In this document: piece by piece, positions 55,152-63,995 of the stretch | Layout: the number at the start of each line of letters is the position of its first letter | Numbering within the stretch: the stretch's first letter is position 1 | Origin: a virus | Reading direction: 5' to 3' (one strand) | IMG/VR virus record: IMGVR_UViG_3300029911_000010 | Coordinates: 1 to 64,000 of that record | DNA: 64,000 nt | Notes under the pieces: generated by a model | Database searches by the model: none | What the model saw: only the letters and a program-made list of their open reading frames with translations | What the model was told of the DNA's origin: nothing | Position numbers and translations under genes: made by a program

Positions 55152-57878
55152 TCAGTCTCCAGATTCTTCCATATCTGGGTCTTGTATTTCGTCGAGTCGT
55201 GGCTCGATTGTCTTCTCCTTTAGGAATAACACTATATCTGCGAGGCTTTCAAAGGCATTTCGCAGCGAATCTTCCATCTCCGGCAAAGAATTTTTGCCAT
55301 ACCGCTCCTTGAAATCATCTTGATGCCAGTAAAAAAGGAAGAGCAACCGGCCCAGCTTGTCGACGGCTTTCATCAGGTCAGGCAAGTGGCGGTCCACCAG
55401 CGAGTCCTGCCGCACCGACTTGAGCATGCCGGAGATCATCGAAGTGTCGAACACCTCTTTCTGCCCTTCCTGGCCGGCTTGCTGGGCAGTCTGCACCGCC
55501 TTCTGGTCGGGCATCAGGAATGGATCATAGATCCGAGGATCAGTCTGCGAGCTGTCCAACCCCGACACCGGCACATGCTCGCTCTGGGGATAGATGGCGT
55601 TGACTGAATTGTAGCCGACCTGTTCACTACCGTACTCGGGAGCCGGCATGACTGGGGCGTAGGGGCCACCGGACTGCAGATCGCCGCTGGGATAGTAGCC
55701 TGCGGTCTTTTCTCGCGGATAGCTCTTGGCGTATACGACGCGGTACTGCACCGGCGATCCGCTCATGCCGTTGCTGTGAACCTGGGCTTGCTTGAGCATC
55801 GCGGCTGCTTCGCTTTCGCCGAGCCCGTGATCGCGAATCAGACAGAACAGACCATGCCGCCACGGCATGCGCTCGCAGCCTCGCTTGATGGTCTGAATGG
55901 ACACTTCGCTGTGATCGCCCCACATCTTCATGGACGCGGTCTTGGTGGTGAACAGCAGTTGAATGTCACCGATGTCGCCGGGGACGATCGGCTTGGGGTC
56001 TGAGCCGTCTGAGTCCCAACCAACCGGGCCGCCGATACTGCTCTTGCTGGGACCGTCGCCGTCGTCTTTCTTGGGCTTGGGCGGATCTTTGAGCTTCATG
56101 AACTTGAAAGTATCGGGCACGTGCAACGTGCCGGCAGCCGCCCGCAACTTGGTGCCGGGGCGGTCGTTGATCACTAGCAAAGCATCGTAGTTGCTGACAT
56201 AGCCGCCGTCGCCGGAATAGGACGAAGGCTCAGTCACCTTGGGCAAACCGCTGGCACGCCCGGCTTTCCAGTCCTCGTAGCCCTTGAAGTCGACCTTGTA
56301 ACGCTTGTCCTCGTAAACCTTGCTGACAACAAACGGGACAGTGCCCTCTCCGGCCTGGTTGATCGCCAGGTAGGTGCCGCCCTTGGACAACGTCTCGGAG
56401 TTGCCCAGACCTTTGAACCATTCGCGGAAATCGTTCTCCGACTCGATTGTTTTGGTCCACAACGACGTGCGGTGACCGTTAAGCCACGACTTCTCGCCGT
56501 CGCCCAATCGCACCACCGTACAAAAGTTCTTTTGCCCGTCGTTGGCACTGGGGGCCTGGACCACCAGCATGCGGCCGAATTCGCCGGGCTTCTCCAGCAC
56601 TTCGTAGATGCCGGTCTCGTGCGGATTTGTCAGTTCCGTTCGCACTTGAGTGTTGTACGCATGGCTGATTTCGTCGCCCTTGCGCTCGTCCTTGACCAGA
56701 TAGCCGTGGTGCAGGAGCTTTTCTTTATCCTTCTCGGGAAGTTCCTTGTTGACCGTGAGGCTGACATCCGGGTCAGTGAGAATCTTGACCTTGGGCTTCT
56801 TGTCATCTTCGGGCGGCTGGGCTTCCTTAAGCAGCGAAAAATCCAGTTCACTTCGCGGCTTGTTCGGCGCAATGCGGGTTTCCCACTCGGCTCCTTTGAT
56901 CAGGCAGTTGGCGGCTTCCTCGGCTGCCTGCTTGATTCGCAGGCCGACGCGATGGAAGAAATCGCTGCCATAGAACTTATCGAAGGCGACCTTGATGCCG
57001 GGGTAGCGCTGGGAGATGTTGTAGGCTCCTTCCAGCAGGCTGACATCGGTCGCCAGGAAGTCTTCCAGCGACAGTGGGACGTCGGCTAAGGCCGCCTTGA
57101 CGGGGCTGGCGGGCAGCTTGCTGACGTCAACTTTGCGATCGGCCGGGGCGTTGGGCCATAGGAAGTTGGCTTGCTTGGTGGCAATGGCCGCCAGCAACGG
57201 CAGCGCCGGCACCGCCCAACCGGCCACGTCGCGATTGCCGACGCGGATGTAATCCGGCAGCGGTGATTCCGCAGACCGACCTTCGCGGGCGGCAGCAGCT
57301 TTGGCCTGTAGTCGCTCCAGAGCACTGCCGTATTTGTTGTGCGGCGGCGGATAGCTGAGACGTTCGATGTTGGGGGCAATGCCGCCCAGCTGCCAGGTAT
57401 CCTTGGCCGAGCCTTCGCCCAGGACGTGCGGCTTGCGGCTGAGGATGTAGTTGACCCAGTTTTCCTTCATGGGCACGAAGGAGTCCTGATTCTTGATATA
57501 CAAAAGCTCGTGGCCCTTGAGATCACCGTTGAGGAAGAAGATCGGGGCGTACAGCCACTGCTTGCCGATCTTGAAGCCGAACACGCCGACAGCCTTGGTG
57601 TTGTCGTCGTTGCGGTCGACCAGCTGGAAGCCGACGATGTAGTCGATCAGGCGGGGAGCCTTATCCTTGAGATAGGCATACCCAAGTGAAGAGAAGGATT
57701 GCTCAAAGCCCTGCTCCTGCTCGCCGCCGATGCTCGCCCATTTGATGCCGGGACCCTTGGCCAGTCCGCGAATGTGCATGACCAGCTGCAGCGGTGTCGC
57801 GTCGCTGGTGTAAAATTGACCGGCATCCGTAGCGTGCTTGATGAACGTAATGTGCTTCCGTGCAGTTGTAATTGCCAT
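55152..57878 (-). CDS. Large K-x-A-containing head-associated protein
   Basis: 908 aa; hairpin RBS CTTTTC-ACGGAC-GGAAAG; KxA motifs in linkers. Confidence 0.7.
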   Translation of the reverse strand: MAITTARKHITFIKHATDAGQFYTSDATPLQLVMHIRGLAKGPGIKWASIGGEQEQGFEQSFSSLGYAYLKDKAPRLIDYIVGFQLVDRNDDNTKAVGVFGFKIGKQWLYAPIFFLNGDLKGHELLYIKNQDSFVPMKENWVNYILSRKPHVLGEGSAKDTWQLGGIAPNIERLSYPPPHNKYGSALERLQAKAAAAREGRSAESPLPDYIRVGNRDVAGWAVPALPLLAAIATKQANFLWPNAPADRKVDVSKLPASPVKAALADVPLSLEDFLATDVSLLEGAYNISQRYPGIKVAFDKFYGSDFFHRVGLRIKQAAEEAANCLIKGAEWETRIAPNKPRSELDFSLLKEAQPPEDDKKPKVKILTDPDVSLTVNKELPEKDKEKLLHHGYLVKDERKGDEISHAYNTQVRTELTNPHETGIYEVLEKPGEFGRMLVVQAPSANDGQKNFCTVVRLGDGEKSWLNGHRTSLWTKTIESENDFREWFKGLGNSETLSKGGTYLAINQAGEGTVPFVVSKVYEDKRYKVDFKGYEDWKAGRASGLPKVTEPSSYSGDGGYVSNYDALLVINDRPGTKLRAAAGTLHVPDTFKFMKLKDPPKPKKDDGDGPSKSSIGGPVGWDSDGSDPKPIVPGDIGDIQLLFTTKTASMKMWGDHSEVSIQTIKRGCERMPWRHGLFCLIRDHGLGESEAAAMLKQAQVHSNGMSGSPVQYRVVYAKSYPREKTAGYYPSGDLQSGGPYAPVMPAPEYGSEQVGYNSVNAIYPQSEHVPVSGLDSSQTDPRIYDPFLMPDQKAVQTAQQAGQEGQKEVFDTSMISGMLKSVRQDSLVDRHLPDLMKAVDKLGRLLFLFYWHQDDFKERYGKNSLPEMEDSLRNAFESLADIVLFLKEKTIEPRLDEIQDPDMEESGD

Positions 57879-57947
57879 TGCTTTCCGTCCGTGAAAAGGG
57901 CATCAGTTTATTTCACTATAACAACCTACCGCCTAATGCTCCAAATA

Positions 57948-60900
57948 TCACGGGTTGTTACTGGCGGCTGGGTTCGGACGAACGACTCGCCCAATTTGCT
58001 GCCCCATCGAGTTTTGAGCTGTCCAATCGATCCAGGCCCCTGGTGTTTTAGCTGCCTGCTCTTCCAACTTGGCGACGCGAAATCGGTCAAAATCCCACAA
58101 TGTCTTGCGGGCAGCCTGTTGCCCGGCTCCGTGATCCGCCGATGCGAACATGTCTCGCGGGTCGGTTCCCCCGGACCATCCGCCGGCCGTGTCTTGTTGT
58201 ATGCGATCAGTGACGCGACGGGCTCCGCCGAATAACGCTTCGCCTAGACCGCCTCCGATAGTCTTGACGCCGGTTGTTCCAGTCGGCGTAACATTGGCCA
58301 GCGCTTTTACACCGGCAGGGATTTCAACGACTGGATTAAACGAATGACGCGTAGGAGTCATTCGCTTACTCTCGTCGTTGATCTGCATACCGGTGCCGAC
58401 TGCGTAGTTCACTCCCATGCGCAAAGGCATACCTTCGATCGACCCGTCCCAGTTGCTGACACCGGTATAGTCTGCTCCCCGATTCAACGCTACGCGGGCG
58501 TCTGTGCCGGCATCGCCGAAAACACGAGCAGGGATGAACGTCGTCGGCATGGCAGCTGTCATGCCAGTCATGCCCAAATTCATTCCATCACGCCAATTGA
58601 ACTTGCTTGGATCTTTCCACGTCTCGTCGCTGATAGGATCGATCAATGAACGATTGACCTCCTCGTTGGCCGCCACCGCCCCTTCGGTCGAATTTATCTG
58701 GTTGACACCTTCCATAACCCACGGAATATACGGACTTAACTTGTTCAATGCAGCACCGGTACGTGAAACGCCTCTGGCGAAAGGCGTCATCTTGGCAAAC
58801 TGTTCGACGTTTCTCGTAGCATTCCCTGTCCAGGCAAAACGACTCATCGGCATATATCCGCCGCTGGTGCCACGTGCCAGGTTGCTGCCTAACCGGTAAG
58901 TGTTGGCAGCTCCAGCCGCTGCCGGCGCTGCCATGCGATTCCATGCAACCAGACGAGCAGCGTCAACTGCGACAGGTGCCATCAATGTCATCCGACCGGC
59001 GTGCAACATTTGACTCGTGCGTTGATCGGATATACCGCGTTCACGCATCAGCTGATCGTATTTGGTAGACTTAGTCTGTTTCGTCAAATCCAGTAACTGC
59101 TCGGCCTGGTTTGTCGTCTGTGTAAGCTGATCCCACAGTTGTTTGCGTGTTTCGTAGTCAGCGCCGCTGGACTGGTTGTACTGCTGAATCAACTGATTTC
59201 GCTGTGCAACAGCGGCATTAAGCTGATTGTCCATGGCGACGATCTGAGGATCGGCTTTCATCTGCTGAGTCACCTCAGCCATAATTTTGAGAGTGTCCGG
59301 CGACGGCTGCGACTCTTCGGCGGCAGGAGTCGGAGTTGACGGAGTCGTAGCTGCCGGAGCAGGCGGTCCCATGACCGGGGCCGCCGGCGTCGGGGCCGGA
59401 GCCGCCGGCGCTACCACCGCAGGCTGCGGGGCAGGAACTGCAGGGACTGGCGTCGCGGGCGGGGTCGGACTTGCAGGAGCAACTGATGTCGACAACGGAG
59501 GTAGCTGAGGCCGAGATGGCTGCTTTGCCAGACTGCCGAGCCAGCGCTCGGGATTGTCGAGGTGACCGTCTGTTTCACGTTGCTGTCCTCCGAATAGTCC
59601 TTTTGTCAGCGAACCCAGAGCGCTGTAGTCCAAATTGCCAAAGATCGCCGCCGGAGCCAGCGGTCCCAGTTTGTTGATCAGCGGGGCTTCCATGCCCAGC
59701 ATCTTGCCCCCCATCAGCGAATTAGGGCTGTAGCTGTCAAAGAAGTGTTGCGGCTTGTACGGCTCGGGCTTCGGCGCTGCAGAAGCTAGCGGCGATGCTG
59801 GAGCGGTCGGAGCCGTAGGAGCTGAGATCGATCCGCCAGCCGGCTTGCTGCCGTCCGTGGCAGATCCCCCGGAGCCGCCGCTTAACTCGGCGCTGACTTT
59901 GAGACCAGCCTCCGGCGTGTGAATCAAGCCCTGCCGCCCAAAGTCTACTGCCTTAGCCAGGCTGGGCACGAAGCTGGTGCCTTCTTCGTCGCTGACTGCG
60001 CCGCGATGGGCAGCGTCCAGCAACGAGCCCTTGAGACCCGATCCATACATACGGACCATCCAGTCCGGGTCTTGTGCCAGGTTAGCCATGCCCCGAACCA
60101 TCTCGGCCTTGAAAGGCGGTGGCTTGTCGTGAACCTTGACCTTCTTGACGCCGAACTCCGCCAGATCCTTCTGCACGGACGGGCGGATCTTGGTGCCGAT
60201 CGAGTAATGCAACACCGGCTTCTCAAGATACTTGTCGCGGGCCAGCGACGGCTCTACATCCTGAGCGTCTTTGCGGGGTTCGTAGATGTGCTCCAGCGTT
60301 GAGTACGGCACCATGTCGTCGGGAACGTATTCGCCCATCTCATCCGTCAGTCGAACGTGATTGATCAGTCCACGGCTCAGCAGCTCGACGTTGCGGCGGT
60401 GAGCCTTGATGCCGGCGTTGCTCATTGCGTCGCCAAACACCTTGGTGAAGTACCGCCGGCCTTCGCCAATGCCCTTGTGTTCTACCACCTTGGCGGGATT
60501 GGGCCAGCCCTCGGAGATCACGTCTCCGGCTTCCACCCGGTCACCGGGGTTGACAGTGAGGTTATGACCAGCCGCAACGTAGTGTCGCTCGCCGCCGATC
60601 CAGGCGTACTTGCCGCCGGCCGGAGCATCTTCGGATCGTCCCACTGGTCCGTCCACTTCACTGTGAGTGGCACCGCCCTTGAACACTTTAGGCACCTGGA
60701 TCATCTGACTGATGGTATCAAAGCCGCTGACCGCCTTGCCCTCGCCGGCCACGCCGCCGGTGTGCTTGGAACTGAGCTGTGCCTGACTCAAAGGCTCGCT
60801 GAACGCCTGGACGGCGGCCAAGCCCGGCAACTCGCCCCTACCCGGCAGCGTACCGTTCTCCCGCACGCCGGCATCGCGGGCATAGATGCCACCTTCGATG

Positions 60901-62915
60901 CTGCCGCCAATGATCGGGCTACGCACCAGGATGCGACCCAGACCACGGTGTTTGAGGTCGGCGGCGATCTTGGGCGTGATAACCGTGTTGCGTTTATACG
61001 GCCCCGTGTCCTTGGCCAGCAGCGCTCCTTCATTGTCCGGATCTTCGGTGTCGACCGGCATCCCCCGCATGTTATCGCGGTTGTCGCCTTGATTCTCGTG
61101 ATCATTGTCGACAACGACCAGCCGGTGAGCTACCTGGTTGAGCTGCTTAGAGTTCGAGACGATCGCCCCGTTGGCAAGGACGAACAGGTGGTCCGGGTGG
61201 TCTACTTCGATGTCGTAGGTTGGCACCACGCCGACGTACTCCTTCTCGACGTAGGAGTAAACAAAGTCGTCTTGACGGGTCTGCGGTTCCATCCCTTGCA
61301 GCAAATCAGCCAACACCTGGGCTTTGCGACCGGGCAGCGGGATGTATCGGGCGAACTTGAGGATCGAGTCGCGGTTGTTGATGACGATGCACCACCCGTC
61401 ATGGTTTCCCTTTTCGGCGACATCGACCCGTCGTATCGGACAGGAGTGGATGCCGAACCGTAGGGCCAATAGATCGCGGACGGTATAGACCATGATCTCT
61501 GACGTCATCGTGAGGATGATCGCGGGGACCGTCGAGTTATTGGTCAGCGTGACGCATCCGTCCGATTCATAGACGCCAGCGATCATCGCCGCGACGGATG
61601 GGTTGTCCCATCGGTACGCCTCGGACGGGACGCACTTCTCGTGGGCGAACTTGCCGAGCACACCCAGTTTCCGCAACCAAGTTCGCAGCCGGTTCCGCTG
61701 TCCGTGCCCGGTACGTTGCCGATCTAGGACGGCGTATTCGTAGGGGTGGCCTTCGCCTCGCCATCGCAGTTCCAAACCCAAGGTGATCAAGTAATCGCGT
61801 AGGTAGTCGACGAGGACCTGATCGGCGGTCGACAGGTAGACCGTACTGCCCGTCAGGCCACCGTCCCCTAGCAATAAGCCCAGGAGCAATGCGCGAGGCT
61901 CGGACGAGCCTATGGCCCGGTCGTAACCGTCGGCAAGTCCTTGGATCGGAGTCAGGCGGAATCCGAATCCGGCCCGGCTCAAGGGTAGCTGCGTCGGCGT
62001 GAGAATCGAGTTCTTGTCACCATGTGTCGTGCCGGCCCGACCACGCCGCATTGTCGCCAAGACCTTATGGTTTTCGGTTGCCTCGACTGTGATAAATGAG
62101 TCACGGGCCTTGCCAACGCGGAAGCGATAACGCCACACGTCCTTCGGCCCGTTGTCGAATGCGGCTGTGACCTTGACGGGGAACGTATGACCGGAGGCAT
62201 CGGCCCCCAAGACGAAATCACCTGATTTGAGCTGCTCAATGTTACAGGACTCGCCATACGGTAGTCGCACCTGTGTGCCACGGGCCAAACACAGAAAGCC
62301 CGCGTCCTGGGTGGCAAACTTGACGTCTATGACGCCCTTACGGGCACCGTAGGAGCCGGCCCAGTATTCCCAGGGGCGAAGACCCTCGCTGTAGCTCCGC
62401 ATGACCGGCACCGGAATGACGTTGCCCCGGTGATCGGCGTAAAGCATATCCGAGCCCAGGAGGCTGGACAGGTTCATCTTGTTGCCCCGGCCAGCGCCGG
62501 CCAGCTGGTGAGCCAGGGGATTGTCGTTGGCCTTGGCTTCGTTGAAGACGGCTTCCTGCTGCTCTTTCTGTCTGTCGCCGACCGTGCGGATCAACAACTG
62601 CTCACGCTTGTTATCGTCCAGCGTGTCGTCGTCTAGAATGCGATGGATCTTGGGTTCAATCTGATTGCGAAAGTCGGTTGATGCCTGGCTCTTGCGCAGA
62701 TGCCTGAGACCAAACGAAAAGCCTCCCGTATCCTGGGCCACCTGCCGGCCGATGTTGGCAATCTTGTGGGAGATATCGCGATAGCGGTCCGGGTACCGGC
62801 GGGCTACGTCGCCAAGAAGCTTGCCCAGCGATTTTTTATCCAAGGTGCGATCGTAGTCTCGCATGTCCTCGGGAAGGGCATCGTTGACCAGAAGTTGTCC
62901 CAGGGTCGTCTGCAC
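57948..62915 (-). CDS. Split multisubunit RNA polymerase beta' C-terminal subunit with intein and ~650-aa C-terminal extension
   Basis: TTLGQLLVN, GRGN, SYSEGL..EYW..YGARKG (F-loop/bridge helix), QAFSEPLSQAQLSSKHTGG (trigger loop), RRNVELL; no NADFDGD. Confidence 0.9.
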   Translation of the reverse strand: MQTTLGQLLVNDALPEDMRDYDRTLDKKSLGKLLGDVARRYPDRYRDISHKIANIGRQVAQDTGGFSFGLRHLRKSQASTDFRNQIEPKIHRILDDDTLDDNKREQLLIRTVGDRQKEQQEAVFNEAKANDNPLAHQLAGAGRGNKMNLSSLLGSDMLYADHRGNVIPVPVMRSYSEGLRPWEYWAGSYGARKGVIDVKFATQDAGFLCLARGTQVRLPYGESCNIEQLKSGDFVLGADASGHTFPVKVTAAFDNGPKDVWRYRFRVGKARDSFITVEATENHKVLATMRRGRAGTTHGDKNSILTPTQLPLSRAGFGFRLTPIQGLADGYDRAIGSSEPRALLLGLLLGDGGLTGSTVYLSTADQVLVDYLRDYLITLGLELRWRGEGHPYEYAVLDRQRTGHGQRNRLRTWLRKLGVLGKFAHEKCVPSEAYRWDNPSVAAMIAGVYESDGCVTLTNNSTVPAIILTMTSEIMVYTVRDLLALRFGIHSCPIRRVDVAEKGNHDGWCIVINNRDSILKFARYIPLPGRKAQVLADLLQGMEPQTRQDDFVYSYVEKEYVGVVPTYDIEVDHPDHLFVLANGAIVSNSKQLNQVAHRLVVVDNDHENQGDNRDNMRGMPVDTEDPDNEGALLAKDTGPYKRNTVITPKIAADLKHRGLGRILVRSPIIGGSIEGGIYARDAGVRENGTLPGRGELPGLAAVQAFSEPLSQAQLSSKHTGGVAGEGKAVSGFDTISQMIQVPKVFKGGATHSEVDGPVGRSEDAPAGGKYAWIGGERHYVAAGHNLTVNPGDRVEAGDVISEGWPNPAKVVEHKGIGEGRRYFTKVFGDAMSNAGIKAHRRNVELLSRGLINHVRLTDEMGEYVPDDMVPYSTLEHIYEPRKDAQDVEPSLARDKYLEKPVLHYSIGTKIRPSVQKDLAEFGVKKVKVHDKPPPFKAEMVRGMANLAQDPDWMVRMYGSGLKGSLLDAAHRGAVSDEEGTSFVPSLAKAVDFGRQGLIHTPEAGLKVSAELSGGSGGSATDGSKPAGGSISAPTAPTAPASPLASAAPKPEPYKPQHFFDSYSPNSLMGGKMLGMEAPLINKLGPLAPAAIFGNLDYSALGSLTKGLFGGQQRETDGHLDNPERWLGSLAKQPSRPQLPPLSTSVAPASPTPPATPVPAVPAPQPAVVAPAAPAPTPAAPVMGPPAPAATTPSTPTPAAEESQPSPDTLKIMAEVTQQMKADPQIVAMDNQLNAAVAQRNQLIQQYNQSSGADYETRKQLWDQLTQTTNQAEQLLDLTKQTKSTKYDQLMRERGISDQRTSQMLHAGRMTLMAPVAVDAARLVAWNRMAAPAAAGAANTYRLGSNLARGTSGGYMPMSRFAWTGNATRNVEQFAKMTPFARGVSRTGAALNKLSPYIPWVMEGVNQINSTEGAVAANEEVNRSLIDPISDETWKDPSKFNWRDGMNLGMTGMTAAMPTTFIPARVFGDAGTDARVALNRGADYTGVSNWDGSIEGMPLRMGVNYAVGTGMQINDESKRMTPTRHSFNPVVEIPAGVKALANVTPTGTTGVKTIGGGLGEALFGGARRVTDRIQQDTAGGWSGGTDPRDMFASADHGAGQQAARKTLWDFDRFRVAKLEEQAAKTPGAWIDWTAQNSMGQQIGRVVRPNPAASNNP
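61152..62291 (-). mobile_element. Intein (380 aa) with LAGLIDADG homing endonuclease
   Basis: CLARGTQV start, TENH block B, LLGLLLGDG and IAGVYESDG, YDIEVD..H.FVLANGAIVSN|S end. Confidence 0.92.
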
Positions 62916-63002
62916 CGTTCATTGCCTACTCTGCAAAAATTGATTTGTAATAGGCGACCGCCGTCTGGAGTCCGGCGGCCGCCTCATGGATTCCCCCGCA
63001 AA

Positions 63003-63995
63003 TCATTTCTCGTCCATGTCATTGGACAAATCAGCCAACGGATCGTGCCGTTCAACCGCAACCGGCTCGGCGGATTCAGCTTTGGCGGCCGCCACCACCG
63101 GATCTTCGTCTGCCGCCGACTGCGTGGGCACCGTCTGCACCTGCACGGTTTCTTTCTTGCCCTTGGGCCGCTTGCCGCCCTTGCCGATCGGGCCGTGGGG
63201 CCTTTCGCCCTCCAAACCCATCGCGTTGTGGGCTGCCGTCACTACCGGGTCCAGTGACCGGCCCGTGCTGACCGGCACTGAGTCGTCTTCGGCCATCCCC
63301 TCACCGCCCTTGACGAAGGAGGAAAAGTCGCCCAGCTGCACTGCCGACGAATCGGGCTCTTCGACAATCGGGGGCGGCCGCACCTTGCCGAACATCTGCC
63401 GGGCCAGGTCGGCTCCGTCCTTAACCGCCGGCACCAGCTTGATGCGCTGGGCCTGCTCTTCGGTGGCCCGACTGCGAGCGATGCCCAAATCGATCGCCGC
63501 CTGAATGCGGCGCTCGCACTCAGGCGTGAACACTTCCACATAGATCGGATGCGTGCCGCCGTCTGCTAAGGCCGCGAAGATCGCGTCAGCGGCTGCCGTA
63601 ACGCCGCTCTTATCCTTCACGCGGATCGGCGTGACCACGTCACCAGCCCCGGCAGCCTGGTATACCTGTCCGGCAATACGAGGATCGCGACGGGAGTCGG
63701 CCGGCACCAAGGTGCCATCCCGCATGCGCTTGAGGGGTTCCATGGGAACGTCCACCGGACCTTTGGGCTGCCCCATCTGGCTACGGGCCGAGCCTCCCGA
63801 GCGGTAATACTGATCCGTGTTGGTATCGCCGGCCAGCTGCACCGGCGTTCGGGCAGTCTGCAACGGACCACCGGGTCGACCACGTCGGGTCATGGCGTTT
63901 CGGTTGTTGATTGCCGACGCTCCTCGGGGAGCGTAGTAGGCGGCATCCGCCGTCATGTTCGGATTGCGGGGTGCCCCCGAGTCGGCGACTTGCAC
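63003..63995 (-). CDS. Hypothetical protein with acidic/disordered C-terminus (5' end may lie outside the window)
   Basis: Long ORF, frame open to the window edge. Confidence 0.6.
   Translation of the reverse strand: MQVADSGAPRNPNMTADAAYYAPRGASAINNRNAMTRRGRPGGPLQTARTPVQLAGDTNTDQYYRSGGSARSQMGQPKGPVDVPMEPLKRMRDGTLVPADSRRDPRIAGQVYQAAGAGDVVTPIRVKDKSGVTAAADAIFAALADGGTHPIYVEVFTPECERRIQAAIDLGIARSRATEEQAQRIKLVPAVKDGADLARQMFGKVRPPPIVEEPDSSAVQLGDFSSFVKGGEGMAEDDSVPVSTGRSLDPVVTAAHNAMGLEGERPHGPIGKGGKRPKGKKETVQVQTVPTQSAADEDPVVAAAKAESAEPVAVERHDPLADLSNDMDEK

Noticed and set aside
57948-62915. Host rpoC / bacterial chromosome
   Set aside because: Lacks the N-terminal half and catalytic motif, has no rpoB or ribosomal-protein neighbours, and is flanked by phage head genes.
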